Positions 25,020 through 37,497 of a DNA stretch of 64,000 nucleotides are shown here, one piece after another. Where the stretch lies: the NCBI GenBank assembly GCA_976551045.1, contig CDPCPM010000042.1, forward strand, positions 868,001 to 932,000. Reading direction: 5' to 3'. Both the position numbers and the translations under genes were made by a program. This DNA comes from Glaucostegus cemiculus. Its lineage: Eukaryota. Position 1 is the first letter of the stretch. Each line of letters starts with the position of its first letter. Below the pieces are notes generated by a model that searched no databases, was not told the origin of the DNA, and saw only the letters and a list, made by a program, of their open reading frames with translations.

Positions 25020-25685
25020 GGAGTCATAGAGTAATGCTGCACAGAAACAGGCCCTTTGGCCCAACTCGTTCAAGCTGACTAAGATGCTCATCTAAGCTAG
25101 TCTTAATTGTTGCATTTGACCCATGTCCCTCTAAACCTTTCTTATCCAGGTACCTGTCCAAAAGTCTTTTAAATGTTGTTATTATACCTGCCTCAACCAC
25201 TTCCTCTACAGGTCATTTCATATACGTACCAACGTTTGCGTGAAAAAATTGCCCCTCATGCCCCTATTAAATATTTCCCTTCTCACCTTAAACCTATGTT
25301 CTCTGGTTCTTGATTCTCCAGTGCTGGGGAAAAGATCTGTGTGCATTTGCCCTATCTATATCACTCATGATTTTATACCTCTTTGTAAGATCACCTCTCA
25401 TTCTCCTATGCTCTAAGCAATAAAGCCCCAGCCTGCTCAACCTTCCCCTATCACTCAGGCCCTCGAATCCTGGCAACATCCTCGAAAATCTTTTCTGCAA
25501 TCTTTCCAATTTAATGGCATCTTTTCTATAGTGGGGTAGCCAAAACTAAGCACAATTCTCACCAACGTCTTGTACACTTGCAACATAGCGTCCCAACTTC
25601 TATACTCAGTGCCCTGAATGATGAAGGCCAACATGCCAAAAGCCTCCTTCATGACCTTGTCTTCCTGTGATGCCTCTTTCAGAGA
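25020..25685 (-). mobile_element. CR1 3' portion
   Basis: ERLQKRFSRMLPG, HRRMRGDL, AFGMLAFI; (ctctatga)-type tail. Confidence 0.88.
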
Positions 25686-27684
25686 ATCACCACCCTGTCT
25701 ATTTCTGACACCACTGTCATCTCTTCAATTGACTGTTCTGTCTACAAGCATTTATATAAACACAAGCCATTTCCTTTCAAAGGGCTGTGCTCACTTTATA
25801 GCTTCTTCTGCTATTTTTATTGTAGACTACCCATCGACACTGCCACAGCCCTTAATCCCAGACCAAACAGCTTGACCAGTGGTGGAGGAAGAGGACAGTG
25901 CCATTGTGCCTGACACCATGAAGGACCAGAGAAGCTGGCACTGCAGTGGCATAAGGCAGTAGGTTCCAGGGGTGTACTTCTTGAGGAGAAGTACCTGGCC
26001 TTAGTGAGCTGCAGTCGAGCAGGAGGCAGTGGAAATTTGGTGTGCTGACTCATCTGAGTTCACAGATCAGTACATCTCTGGAGGACATTGGTGAAATCCA
26101 GGAAGGGAAATATTCATGAGAAGGGGAATTAAATGGACATAATCAGGTGAGAGTGCAGTGTTGAGTGATGGATTACCTGAAGAGAAACTGAACATTGATC
26201 GGATAATTTTATGAGAGCTGTGTGAAACAAAGTACTTTCAAAAATTACAGTCTGCAGTTGCAGCAATTCCACAGCCCCAGCCCCATGAAAGGATGCATTT
26301 GTGTGATGGATTTAGAGGACCCTCACGGAATCTTGTAAAGCTCTCAATCTGAAATGTAGCTTGAGTGGATGGAAATATTAACCCCTATAATCTTCTCTCT
26401 AACCTCTAAATGCCAGTCATATTTTATGTAGTTTATTGGAGAACTACACTATTGATTTGGATTGTTTTGTGTGATGGTTCATGTGTTGTGGAACTCTGAC
26501 AAGACCGAGTGGTTTTGAGGAATATCTCTCTGTGAAAGAGTCCCTTCATGTCCATGTGGTGATGGCCTCTTTTCTGCACACTGCCGGAGGATAACACTGT
26601 GGATCTTTGGGGATGCCTCTTCATGTTATTTCTTCCCTCCTTGAGTGTATTTTCTCTCCTGAGTTTTGAGGCTCTGACAACCCTTCCACTTGAAGATGCC
26701 ATTTTCTAGGTATCGCTAAATGTAGGTAGGTTATGTTGAATAAGAGTCATAGAGTCACAGACACATACAGCACAGAAACAGTCCCTTTGGCCTAACTGGT
26801 CCATGCCAACCAAGATGCCCCATCCAAGCTAGTCCCATTTGCCAGTGCTTGGCCCATAACCTTCTAAACCTTTCCAATCCATGTACCTGTCCAACTGTCT
26901 TTTAAACATTGTTATTGTACCTGCCTCAACCACTTCCCCTGGCAGCTCCTTCCACATCGATACCACCCTTTGTGTAAAAAAAAAGTTTCCCTTCATGTTC
27001 CTTTTAAATTTTTCCCCTTCCACCTTAAACCTATGCCCTCTAGTTCAAGACACTCTAACTCTGGGGGGAAGAAAGACTGAGTGCATTCACCCTATCTATG
27101 CCCCTCATGATTTTATACACCTCTATAAGATCACCTCTCAGTCTCCTACGCTCCAAGGAATAAAGTCCTAGCCTGTCCAACCTCTCCCTATAACTCAGTC
27201 CTTAAGGTCCTGGAAACATCCTTGCAAATCTTTTCTGCACTCTTTCCAGAATAGCATCTTTCCTGTAGCAGGGCGACCAAAACTGAACACAGTACTCCAA
27301 GTGCGACCTCTCCAGCATCCTGTACAACCGCACCATGGCCTCCCAACGTTTAAAGTCAATGCCCTGACTTATGAAGGCCAGTGTGCCAAAAGCCTTCTTC
27401 ACCACCCTGTCTACCTTTGACTCCTCTTTCAGTGAACCATGTACACCAAGGTTCCTTTGTTCTACAACACTCCCCAAGGCTCTGCCGTTCACTGTGGAAA
27501 TCCTACCTGGATTTGACTTTACAAAATGCTACACCTTGCACTTTTCCGAATTAAACTCCATTTGCCATTTCTCAGCCCACTTACTCAGCTGATCAAGATC
27601 CCCCCTGTAATTTTTGATAATCTTCTTCATTGCCATCTATACCACCTATTTTAGTGACATCTGCAAACTTACTGACCACAACTC

Positions 27685-29921
27685 CCTGACCTTTACCTTT
27701 GGAGAGGGATAGGAGCAGGGGAGAGGGAATTATGATGTTATTAGGCAGGAACTTGGGAATGTAAATTGGGAACAGATGTACTCAGGGGAATGCATAATGG
27801 AAATGTGGAGAAACAAAGGACTGGAGATGCTGGAATCTAGATGAAAAACACTATGATGCTGGAGGAAGTCAGCAGGCCAGGCAGCATCCACGGACAAAAG
27901 CAAGTGATCATTGTTTTGGATCAGGATCCTTCTTCAGGACATAGGAAATGTGGAAGTTGTTTAGAGGTCACTTACAGGGGGTTCTAGGTAGGTTTGTCCC
28001 ATTGAAGCAGGGAAAGGATGGTATGGTAAAGGAACCATGTTTGACAAAAGATGTGGAATGTCTAGTGAAGGAAGAAAGAAGCTTACTTAAGAGTCAAGAG
28101 ACAAGGGTCAGATTGGGCTCTAGAGAATTCCAAGATATCAGGAAGGAGCTTAAGAATGGTCTTGGGAGAGCTAGAAGGGGGCATGAGAAGGCATTGGTGA
28201 GTTGGCAAGGTGTTCTGCTCATATAGGAAGAACAGGAAGATGATGAGAGTGAAGGTAGGACCGATTAGGGATAAAGGAAGAAATGTGCCTGGAGTCGGAG
28301 GAGGTAGGGGAAGTCCTTAGTGGATACTTTGCTTCAATGTTCACCTGTGAGAGAGACCTTGACATTTGTGAGGACAGCAAAAAACAGGCTGCTAAGTTGG
28401 AACATGTCGATGTTAAGAAGGAGGATGTGCTGGAACTTTTGAAAAACATTCCAGTTAAGTCCCTGGGGCCAGAGGGGATATATCCCAGGATACTACGGGA
28501 AGTGAGGGAAGAGATTTCTGAGCCCTTGGCGATGACCTTTGCATCCTCACTGGCCATAGGAGTAGTATCAGATGATTGGAAGGTGGCAAATGTTATTTCT
28601 TTGTTCAGGAAAGGGAGTAGGGATAACCCTGGAAATTATAGACCAGTGAGTCTTACTTCAGTGGTGGGCAAATTATTGGAGATGATTCTTAGGAGCAGGA
28701 TTTATGAACATTTGGCGAAGCATAATCTAATTAGGGACAGTCAGCATGGCTTTGTGAAGGGCAGGTCATGCATCATGAGCCTGATTGAATACTATGAGGA
28801 TGTGACAAAACGCACAAATGAGGGTGGAGCAGTGGAGGTGGTGTATATGGACTTTAGTAATGCATTTGATAAGGTTCCCCATGATAAACTCATTCAGAAG
28901 GTCAGGAGGCATGGGATCCAGGGAAACATGGCTGTGTGAATTCTGAATTAGCTTGCCCATAGAAGGCAGAGGGTGGTTGTAGATGGAGCATATTCTGCCT
29001 GAAGGTGAGTGACCAATGGTGTTCCACAGGGATTTGTTCTGGGACCCCTGCTCTTTGTGATTTTTATAAATGACTTGGATGAGAAAGTGGAGGGATGGGT
29101 TAGTAAGTTTGCAGATGACATGAAGGTTGGTGGTGTAGTGGATGGTGTAGAAGGTTGTCGAGGGTTACAATGGGACATTGATAGAATGCAAAGCTGGGCT
29201 GAGTAGTGTAAGATGGAGTTCAACCCGGAAAAGTGTGAAGTGATTCACTTTGGAAGGTTGAATTTGAAGGCAGAATACAAGGTTAATGACAGGAAAAATG
29301 TGCAAGTTGATAGCGTTGTTAAGAAGGCATATCGTGTGTTGGCCTTCATTAGTTGGGGGATTGAGTTCAAGAGCCACATGCTAATGTTGAAGCTCTATAA
29401 AACCCAGGTTAGACCACACTTGGGAGTATTGTGTTCAGTTCTGGTCACTTTACTATAGGAGAATGTGGAGGCTTTAGAAAGGGTGCAGAGGAGATTTACC
29501 AGGATGCTGCCTGGATTGGAGAACACGTCTTATGAGGATAGGTTGAGCAAGCTAGAGCTTTTCTCTTTGGAGTAAAGGAGGATGAGGTATAGATCAAGTG
29601 GACAGCTAAAGACCTTTTCCCCAGGGCCGAAGTGGTTAACACAAGGGGACATAACTTTAAGGTGATTGGAGGAAGGTATAAGGGGGATGTCAGGGGTAAG
29701 TTATTTACACAGAGTGGTGGGTGCGTGGAACACACTGCCAAGGGTACTGGTAGAGGTGCAGATACATTAGGGCCATTTAAGAGACTCTTAGATAGGCACA
29801 CAGATGATAGAAAAATGGAGGGGTATGTGGGAGGGAAGGGTTAGATTGATCTTGGAATAGGCTAAAAGGTCAGCATAACATCATGGGCCGAAAGGACTGC
29901 ACTGTGTTGTTACGTTCTGTG
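27685..29921 (+). mobile_element. CR1/HER1-type LINE, ~2.2 kb, with decayed RT domain
   Basis: [71 protein letters not shown], then C-terminus and 3' UTR; stops and frameshifts. Confidence 0.93.
27810..27943 (-). mobile_element. Solo Penelope terminal repeat (134 bp) with an 11-bp flanking direct repeat
   Basis: Flanked by ggaaatgtgga at 27799-27809 and 27944-27954. Reverse strand starts tatgtcctgaagaaggatcctgatccaaaac. Same subfamily as 51664-51790. Confidence 0.8.
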
Positions 29922-30075
29922 CCTTGTACATTCTTATCCAAATCGTTGATATAGATGACAAACAGCAATGGGCCTAACACTGACCCCTGAGGCACACCAC
30001 TAGTCACGGGCCTCCAATCCGAGAAACAACCTTTTACCATCACCCTCTGCTTTCTGCCATCAGTCCAATTGTGTA

Positions 30076-30144
30076 AGATAAGATAAGATCTTTATTAGTC
30101 ACATGTATATCGAAACACACAGTGAAATACATCTTTTATGTAGA
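30076..30144 (-). mobile_element. 69-bp extreme 3' end of a LINE/SINE (Rex1-like tail) with a 12-bp TSD
   Basis: tccaattgtgta duplicated at 30064-30075 and 30145-30156; (tctta)n tail and aataaa on the minus strand. Confidence 0.75.
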
Positions 30145-30884
30145 TCCAATTGTGTATCCAATTAGCCAGCTGTCCCTGGATTCCACGCGATGTAAGCTTC
30201 CAGAGCAGCCTACCATTTGGAACTTTATCAAAGGCCTCACTGAAGTCCATATAAACTATATCTGCCACCCTGCCCTCATCAGCTTTCTTGGTCACTTCAT
30301 CATAAACCTCAATCCAGTTCATAAGACATGATCTCCTGTGCACTAAGCCATGTTGACTACCCCTAATTCAACTCCTGTCTTTCCAGATGACTGTCCTGAA
30401 GCAGTGTCTTGACCGAAGACGTTGACTGCCTGCTTTTCTCCAGGGGTGCTGCCTGACCTATTCATTAAGGACCTTGTCCATCTCCTGTGGTTTCACACAA
30501 GGGTGTCCCTTTGATTTTTGAGGTGCCCTATTCTCTTTCTAGTTACTTTTTTTCCCCTTAATATACTTCTTAGTTAAAATCTCTTTGGATTTTCCTTAAT
30601 CTTCTCTGCCAAAGCTATCTCATGCCCCCTTTCTGCCTTCCCGATTTCTTCCTAGAGTACAATTCTGCATCCCTTATACTCCAGGGATTCACTTGATCCC
30701 AGCTGCCTATACATGATCCATGCCCCCTTTTTTCTGGCCGGGGCCTCAATATCCCTCGTCATCCAAGGTTCCCTACTCCTACCATCCTTTCCCTTCACTT
30801 AAAAGGAACATACAGCCCTTGCTGATCTTTGAAAACCTCCCACTTGCCTGTGGTCCTTTTGCCTGCAGACATTGTTATCCCCAC

Positions 30885-31385
30885 AGGTGGAGTACTGAGT
30901 TTGTTTCTGATCACCAGACTTGAGGGAAGATGTGAAGGTTTTAGTGAAGGACCAGAAAAGACTAGAATTGTTTGAGGGTTGCAGGAGTTTAGCTACGTTG
31001 CAAGACTGGAAAAGCTAGAGTTGTTGACTTTAAATCTAAGATCCACTAGAGACTTGGTGGAAGTATACAAGGTCACAATGAGTTAAGAAAAATGGAGAGA
31101 AGCTCAAGCATTGGGGTCACAGTTGTAGAGGGAAGGACTGAAGATATTGGTGGGGGAGGTATTTGGGAGAAACTTATTTATGTGGAGAGTGATTATGGTC
31201 CCAGTGTTACTGCTTGTAAGGGTGGTGGAAGCAGATAATTTCAGGAGGGTTGGATAAGCACTTAAGGGACCATAATTTACAGGCACTGGAAAGCATGGGA
31301 GAATGGAACTGATTAAATTGCTCTCCAGGGAACCATCATGGACAAAATGGGCTGAATAGCTTCCTAGCTGGAACAATTCTGATTC
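30885..31385 (+). mobile_element. Old CR1 3' fragment
   Basis: Decayed LEY..F*SP.LREDV..L and DLVEVYK motifs; 3' UTR aaatgggctgaatagcttcct. Confidence 0.65.
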
Positions 31386-31764
31386 CACTTATGTGTGTAT
31401 TTTGTTCATTTAAATAATTCCAATTGGACATTAACTCACCTGGAATCTGCTTCAACTAGACTATAAAATTAGTGTGCAGAGAACTGAAGGATGAACTGGT
31501 AACTTGCTCAATTATACCCCTCATTGTTACGTTAATCCCTCATTCAAATGTCTAAGGTAAATAGAGCATTTCTGAGTGCACGACTACTAGCTTCCACCTT
31601 TCAGGAGTTTTCGGACAACAGGGACACAATAATGCTAAGTCCACCAATGATGTTGCACCTGTCTTGTGCAGTCCATAATGATGTTAAGGAATATTTGACC
31701 CCTTGTATTAAAGCTGCGTTCCTTGTGGCTTAATATGTGAAGACCATTGGTGCTGGCCGAAAAT

Positions 31765-31930
31765 GATCTCTGACTATACATGTAGAGAGGGCCTCTCTCC
31801 TATCTTGCTGCTTGTGATCCTCATCCATTTTCATTTGTTTTGCCTGATATTGATGGAGGCAGTGGAATCTCAGTTTTAGACAGACTGATGCATCCTCTGT
31901 GTGTACCATGGCTGGAGGTGCACAGCTGGA
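31765..31930 (-). pseudogene. Harbinger transposase C-terminal relic
   Basis: Within ORF 31730..32008: MVHTEDASVCLKLRFHCLH (cf. IEQTIGLLKMRFRCLD), followed by REALSTCIVRDHF (cf. terminal REALIxxRF). Confidence 0.5.
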
Positions 31931-33057
31931 GCCAGGATGGGAGTTAGAATCCAGGATAGGAGCAGATAACCTACATACCTCAGGAAATAGCCATTGGGAT
32001 GGAGCCATGCTCTCAGGTGACTGGGAATGTGGACGTCCTTAGAAGGATGGAGTCAAGTGAGGATGCTTATACACCTGGCACTGACCATAAGGCAATGTTG
32101 AATTTAATCCTTCATTTGAACGAATTGTTATCATCAATCTTAGATTTGAGCTAAATAAGGTAAAGCAAGATCTTGCAGTACAATCGTGGTTCTTCATGGT
32201 TAATTTGACCAGTTCAATTTAACAGCTACCAATATTTGGCACTCTAAAGCTAAATTTTGAATCACAAAATATGGGGTGAACAGTCATCTGAAACCTGGCC
32301 ACATGGAAGGTAAGCACCAGAGAAATTGAACTGAGATTGAATTGTTGTATAAAATACATTTTGATTTTATATCCTGCATTGCATTGATGAATTGTGGTCG
32401 ATTGACTAAGGTCAAGTAGTTGAATTACTGTATTAGAAATGTGCCTGTTGCAAAGGTTGCATTTGTCTTGTATGTTCAGTATTAAAGATGAGTGTGCTAT
32501 AAAGAGGGTTGCTTTCTTAAAAGAATATATTGAAGATTGAATGTGGAGGGTCCACGGGCATGTCCATTTCTGACAGATATTATCCAGTAATCACAGAGCA
32601 TATGGACTAGAAATCTGAACATGTAGTACTGTTTATTTCAGCATTAGCTGATTGGAAATTAACTTGACCTTGTGGCATGAGATAATGACCCTTTTGGGGT
32701 CATTTTGCATCATTCTGAAAATTCAACTGAGCAGTTCCTGATACGCGATATACACACACACAAGAAACATGTTTCCGTGGTTAGGTGTGCATCTAATGAC
32801 ATCAATGCCTTTTTGCCGCATTGTTGGATGAAATTTAGTGATATTTCTCCAGAGCACACCAGTTATTAACCATTCATAAACCAGTCAGGTTTTCCTATAA
32901 CGTTTACTCTGCAGCTGCATAATTTAAAGGCTACACACGCTTTCACCTCCAGTTTCTACAGTGTGGCGTTTGCATGCTGAATTTAAGACCTACTCTAATA
33001 ACCAGCATGACATCCATTGACCTCCACTGTCCTTTTAGAACTTGGAAACCACTTAGA

Positions 33058-33750
33058 ATGGGTGCATGCATTCCCACTGCTTTTGCTGGAAGACTTGGAG
33101 CTGGAGCACATGCATCAGACAAGGAAGGAAACCTTGTAGGAGATAAGGCAGGGAATGGGTCACAATAGCAGACATAAATCCTCAGGGTCTTGATGGAACC
33201 GCACTCTTATTTTGACTTCACCAAAGAGCAGTCAATGGAGGTTGGAGCAGTTTCAATGAAGGCTGTTTACCAAGACGATTATCACAGAGAATTGCAATCT
33301 TCTATGGCCTCATTAGAATTGCAGTGCAAGGAATGCTCTGTCAATGGATGGAAGTCAAGAAGACGACTAGATGCTTTTTCAAAATTAGATGTTGCTACCT
33401 TCACCTTTCCACGGACACCTTCCATAACTCATCAGTAGGATCCTTTATGTCGTCACTACCTTACAGATAATGCACATTGTAGCAAATAGGAGAGCAAAAC
33501 ATTTACTTGAGGGCTACCAGCAAGTGAAGCATCAGCAGGATGCACAAAGGAAGGTGAAGAGGATGGAGGAGGAGAAAAGGGAAGCATATCCAACATCAAC
33601 AGCGGCCACACTAAATGCCGGCAGAAAAGATGGACATGAGGCAGGCGCTATCGGGATGTGCTGCCAGGGGCTGTCTATTCTAATGTGGATTCTAATGGCA
33701 GGTTTCCAGCCTATTGCCCAATGTAGGTCTAATTCCTCGCAAGCATTATA
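33058..33750 (+). pseudogene. Harbinger transposase N-terminal relic
   Basis: ATG MGA.. at 33058; RVLMEPHSYFDFTKEQ at ~33184-33231 (cf. RVYRxRxSYLDLSEEQC); weak RFPAYC at ~33700. Confidence 0.5.
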
Positions 33751-36040
33751 ACAGCTAGTTGTTAGCATCTGAGAAAGGCTCACAATCTCCATATAATTCT
33801 TCTATCCCTTCAAGCACAGACTACTGAAAGATATGATTAAAACTGCAGAGTTGTTCATTAACCATCTTTTGTGTAGCCTCTGTTCTTAGCTGCAAAATCA
33901 ATGGGTTAGGCAGCTAATGATGGATCCAAAAGACATGATTTAAAGAACATTTTTTTCCAATAATTATGTCATTCATCCATGGTTCCTTCTGTGATAGTTG
34001 GTCAAAATATGTTGGGCTAGATTTACATTGGACTTGGTCCGTCGAACCTATTACAGTAGATCTCATTTTCCTTGAAAAGGTATAGTACTCCAAGTCAGGC
34101 AAGGGAAATGAAAGCAGCACTACATATTTAAAATGGGTCTGCTCGTGTGAAGCATAGCTGTCACTGATATCTGAGTGCCTGTCTGTTCTCTGAGTAAAAG
34201 ACTTTGAGGATGATAGATTGTTGGAAGTGAAGTCAATGTGGTCAATAATCCGTATGGATTATTGATTATGAAGTTTTGGTCTCTGTAAACAAAGTTTTGT
34301 TGCAATGATAATGACCTCTAAATGTAAATGTGAGATGCTATGGTGGGGGTTCTGCCCCTGTGAATAGAATGGCAGCATCATGTTTCAGGAAATCGGTGCT
34401 TCTGAAGTATTGAGGGCTGGAGCTAAGTTACCATCATTACATTGCACTGTCACTGCATGGTCATCTCTTAATTGTTCATTAGAGTCAGAGGTCAAGTGTC
34501 AGGAGCAATCGGCCTACAACTGCATCTGCTGTGAGCGTCGTTAACCTCGTGCATCCTCATGGATGGGAGGTGAGTATGCCTCCTCCCCTCATGTGCACAA
34601 GCACTATTTTAAGAGCAACCCCAGAGTTGAATTCAAAGCTGGGACACTGGCTTACGTTTTACCACAAATGTTAACAAGCACCACCTGAGCTTCAATAAAT
34701 TTCAATTTCTCTCCACACTGGAAGCTGTTTTGGATTGCAGTGGGGGAATAGGAACACTTTGGATTACAGTGAGGAACATGCATTAGTTTATTTCTATTAA
34801 GCCCGGCCAGCCATTGTTCTGCACAATGTTATGTATGGAACTTAAGTTTAACAACAGTGATTTATTTAGCACAACAAATGAAATAACACTTACTGAAGTC
34901 TAAACATAAAAGTCCTTTCCTTTGGGACCAAATTAACACATTTCTAACAATTAAATGAAACTTAATTTAACAACTGATAATCTGTTTAGCAGTCTTTGTT
35001 GTACTTGGCTTTCATGTGGTCTTCATGTGTTACTGCTGAGGCCACAGGGCTTTGTCTGTAGCTGCTGCCATGGTGCGGGATGTATGTTCCTTTCCATGAT
35101 GGATGAAGTCGAAGTCTGTGATGAGCTGAAAGGGCCAACATCTGACAGCTGTTTTCCTTCAAGTGAGGCAATGCCATGAGCCTTTGATGGGAGGAGAAAT
35201 TTCAGCATCCCAAGGGAGAAAAGAACCAGGGAAGCAAGCAAATAACAGTTTGATGTGATCCAGATCATGTTGAAAGCCTCCAGACTAATGCAAACCTCAG
35301 CATGCTCATTACTTTAAGGGCGCCTTGCTCCTGCTTATCAGCTGGTACCTGCTCAGGGCAGCCTCCTGACCCTCAGCACAAGGGCCCTGTCTCCTGTTGA
35401 TGTCCTCCACTAAAATATTGCAGCACCTTTCTGTGAAGCAGAGGGCTTGCTCCTTCCCCTTTCCTGACTCTGCCTGCAGTGATGTGTGTGTGAACTGTGT
35501 TCATTCATTCGAGGACTATATACTCCATGGCATGGCAGAGCTGGTTAGTGTAGACACTGCAGGAAATTCAATTTAAGGTATCTTCATGTGTTCACGACTC
35601 AACAAAACTGGAAGGTTTTGATAAAAAGTATTTTGTTGCTGTTTTATTATGGTTGTACTTGAATTCAAATTTGCAATTCTTCAGCACATTTTGAAGTAGC
35701 ACAAGGGAAGCATCTAGCACTAATTCTGCTATTTGGAAGCAGGTGGATTTCGAGGCATGGCTGATTTATATCTGGTATTGTGCATATCTTTTTTTGGAAT
35801 GTGGGCTTCACACTAGGCCATCCTTTATTTCCCATCCTAACTGCCCTTGAAAAGGTGGTTCTTGAACCACCATAGTCCACCTCGTGCTGATAAATCCACA
35901 GTGTTGGGAGTTTCAGGATTTAGACCCAGTGACAATGTTCTAGTTTCAAGTCTGGGAGTTGAGTGACTTGGATGGAAACCTGAAGATGGTGGTGTTCCCA
36001 TTCACCCACTGCCCTTGTCCTCCGAGATGGTACAGATGCT

Positions 36041-36563
36041 AATAGAACATAGAAAACCTACATCTGGCCCACAAGGTTGTGCCGAACATGTCCCTACCTT
36101 AGAAATTACTAGGCTTACCCATGGCCTTCTATTTTTCTAAGCTCCATGTACCTATCCAAAAGTCTCTTAAAGACCCTATCATATCTGCCTCCACCACCGT
36201 AGCTGGCAGCCCATTCCACGCAATCACCACTCTCTGAGTAAAAAAACTTACCCCTGACGTCTCCTCTATACCCACTCCCCAGAACCTTAAACCTGTGTCC
36301 TCTTGTTGGCAACCATTTCAGCCCTGGGAAAAAACCTCTGATTATCCACTCAGTCAATGCCTCTTATCATCTTATACACCTCTATCAGGTCACCTCTCAT
36401 CCTCTGTTGCTCCAAGGAGAAAAGACCGAGTTCACTTAACCTATTTTCATAAGGCATGCTCCCCAATCCAGGCAACATCCCTATAAATCTCCTCTGCACC
36501 CTTTCTATGGCTCCACATCCTTCCTGTGGTGAGGTGACCAGAACTGAGCACAGTACTCCAAGT
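36041..36563 (-). mobile_element. CR1 3' portion
   Basis: ERVQRRFIGMLPGL, QRMRGDLIEVYKMIRGID, TRGHRFKV. Confidence 0.9.
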
Positions 36564-37264
36564 GGGGTCTCCAATAGACTACCCCAATAGAGTGACTCAA
36601 ATAAATAATTGCAGTCATGGGTGCATCAGTGGTGGACGAAATGAATCTTTAGGTCAGTGTATAGAGTACAAATTAAGTGAGCTACTCTTTTTGGATGGTG
36701 TCAACCCTTTTGAATGTTATTGGAATGGTCCTTATCCAGGCAAGTGGAAGGTATTTCATCATGTTGCTGGCATGTGCCTTGTGGATGGTGGATAGTTTTT
36801 GGGGTGTCAGGAAGTGAGCCACTCACCCCGCCTCTGACCTGCTCTTGCAGCCATGGTATTTTTGTTCCTGGACAATGGTAAACCCCATGATGTTGAGGGT
36901 GGGGTCTTGACAGTGGCAATATTGTTAAATATCAAGGATAGATGTTTAGACTCTCTTTTTGGAGATAATCATTGCCTGGCTCTGTTGTGGGGTGACTTCT
37001 CTTTGTGACTTATCAGTCAATTCCTAATGTATTCTGGGCCGTGCTGCATGCAGCTGTGGGCTGCTTCATTTGCTGTGGAGTTTCATGTGAAAATGAGCAT
37101 TGTACAATGATCAATGGACATCGCCTCCTCTGACCTTACAATGGAAGCAAAGACACGAGGCCGTGAAGATGGTTGGGCCTAGGTCACTGCACTAAATAAG
37201 TGATAACTGGGGCTGGAATGAGTGAGCTCGATCATCCTCGACCACCTTCTGAGGGATGGTCCAT

Positions 37265-37497
37265 GGAAATCTGAGGGGTAAGTTTTTCACACAGAGAGTG
37301 GTGGATATCTGGAATGAGCTGCCAGAGGAAGTAGTGGAGGCAGATACAATTACAGTGTTTAAAAGGCATTTGAACAGGTAATTGTATAAGAAGGGCATAG
37401 AGGGATATGGGCAAATGAGATTAGTGTTGGTCAGCATGGACAGGGTGGGCTGAAAGGCCTGTCTCTGTGCTGTATGTTTCTATTACCCTATGATTCT
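37265..37497 (+). mobile_element. CR1 3' end
   Basis: tttttcacacagagagtggtggatatctggaatgagctgccagagg...gggctgaaaggcctgtctctgtgctgtat. Confidence 0.85.

Larger units (their letters stand above)
26744..30860 (-). mobile_element. CR1 (-) spanning 26744-27680 and 29922-30860, split by a nested + strand CR1
   Basis: 26744-27680 holds the 3' end through SKFAD. It resumes at 29922 with [16 protein letters not shown] and DIVYMDFSEAFDKVPNGRL. Confidence 0.85.
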
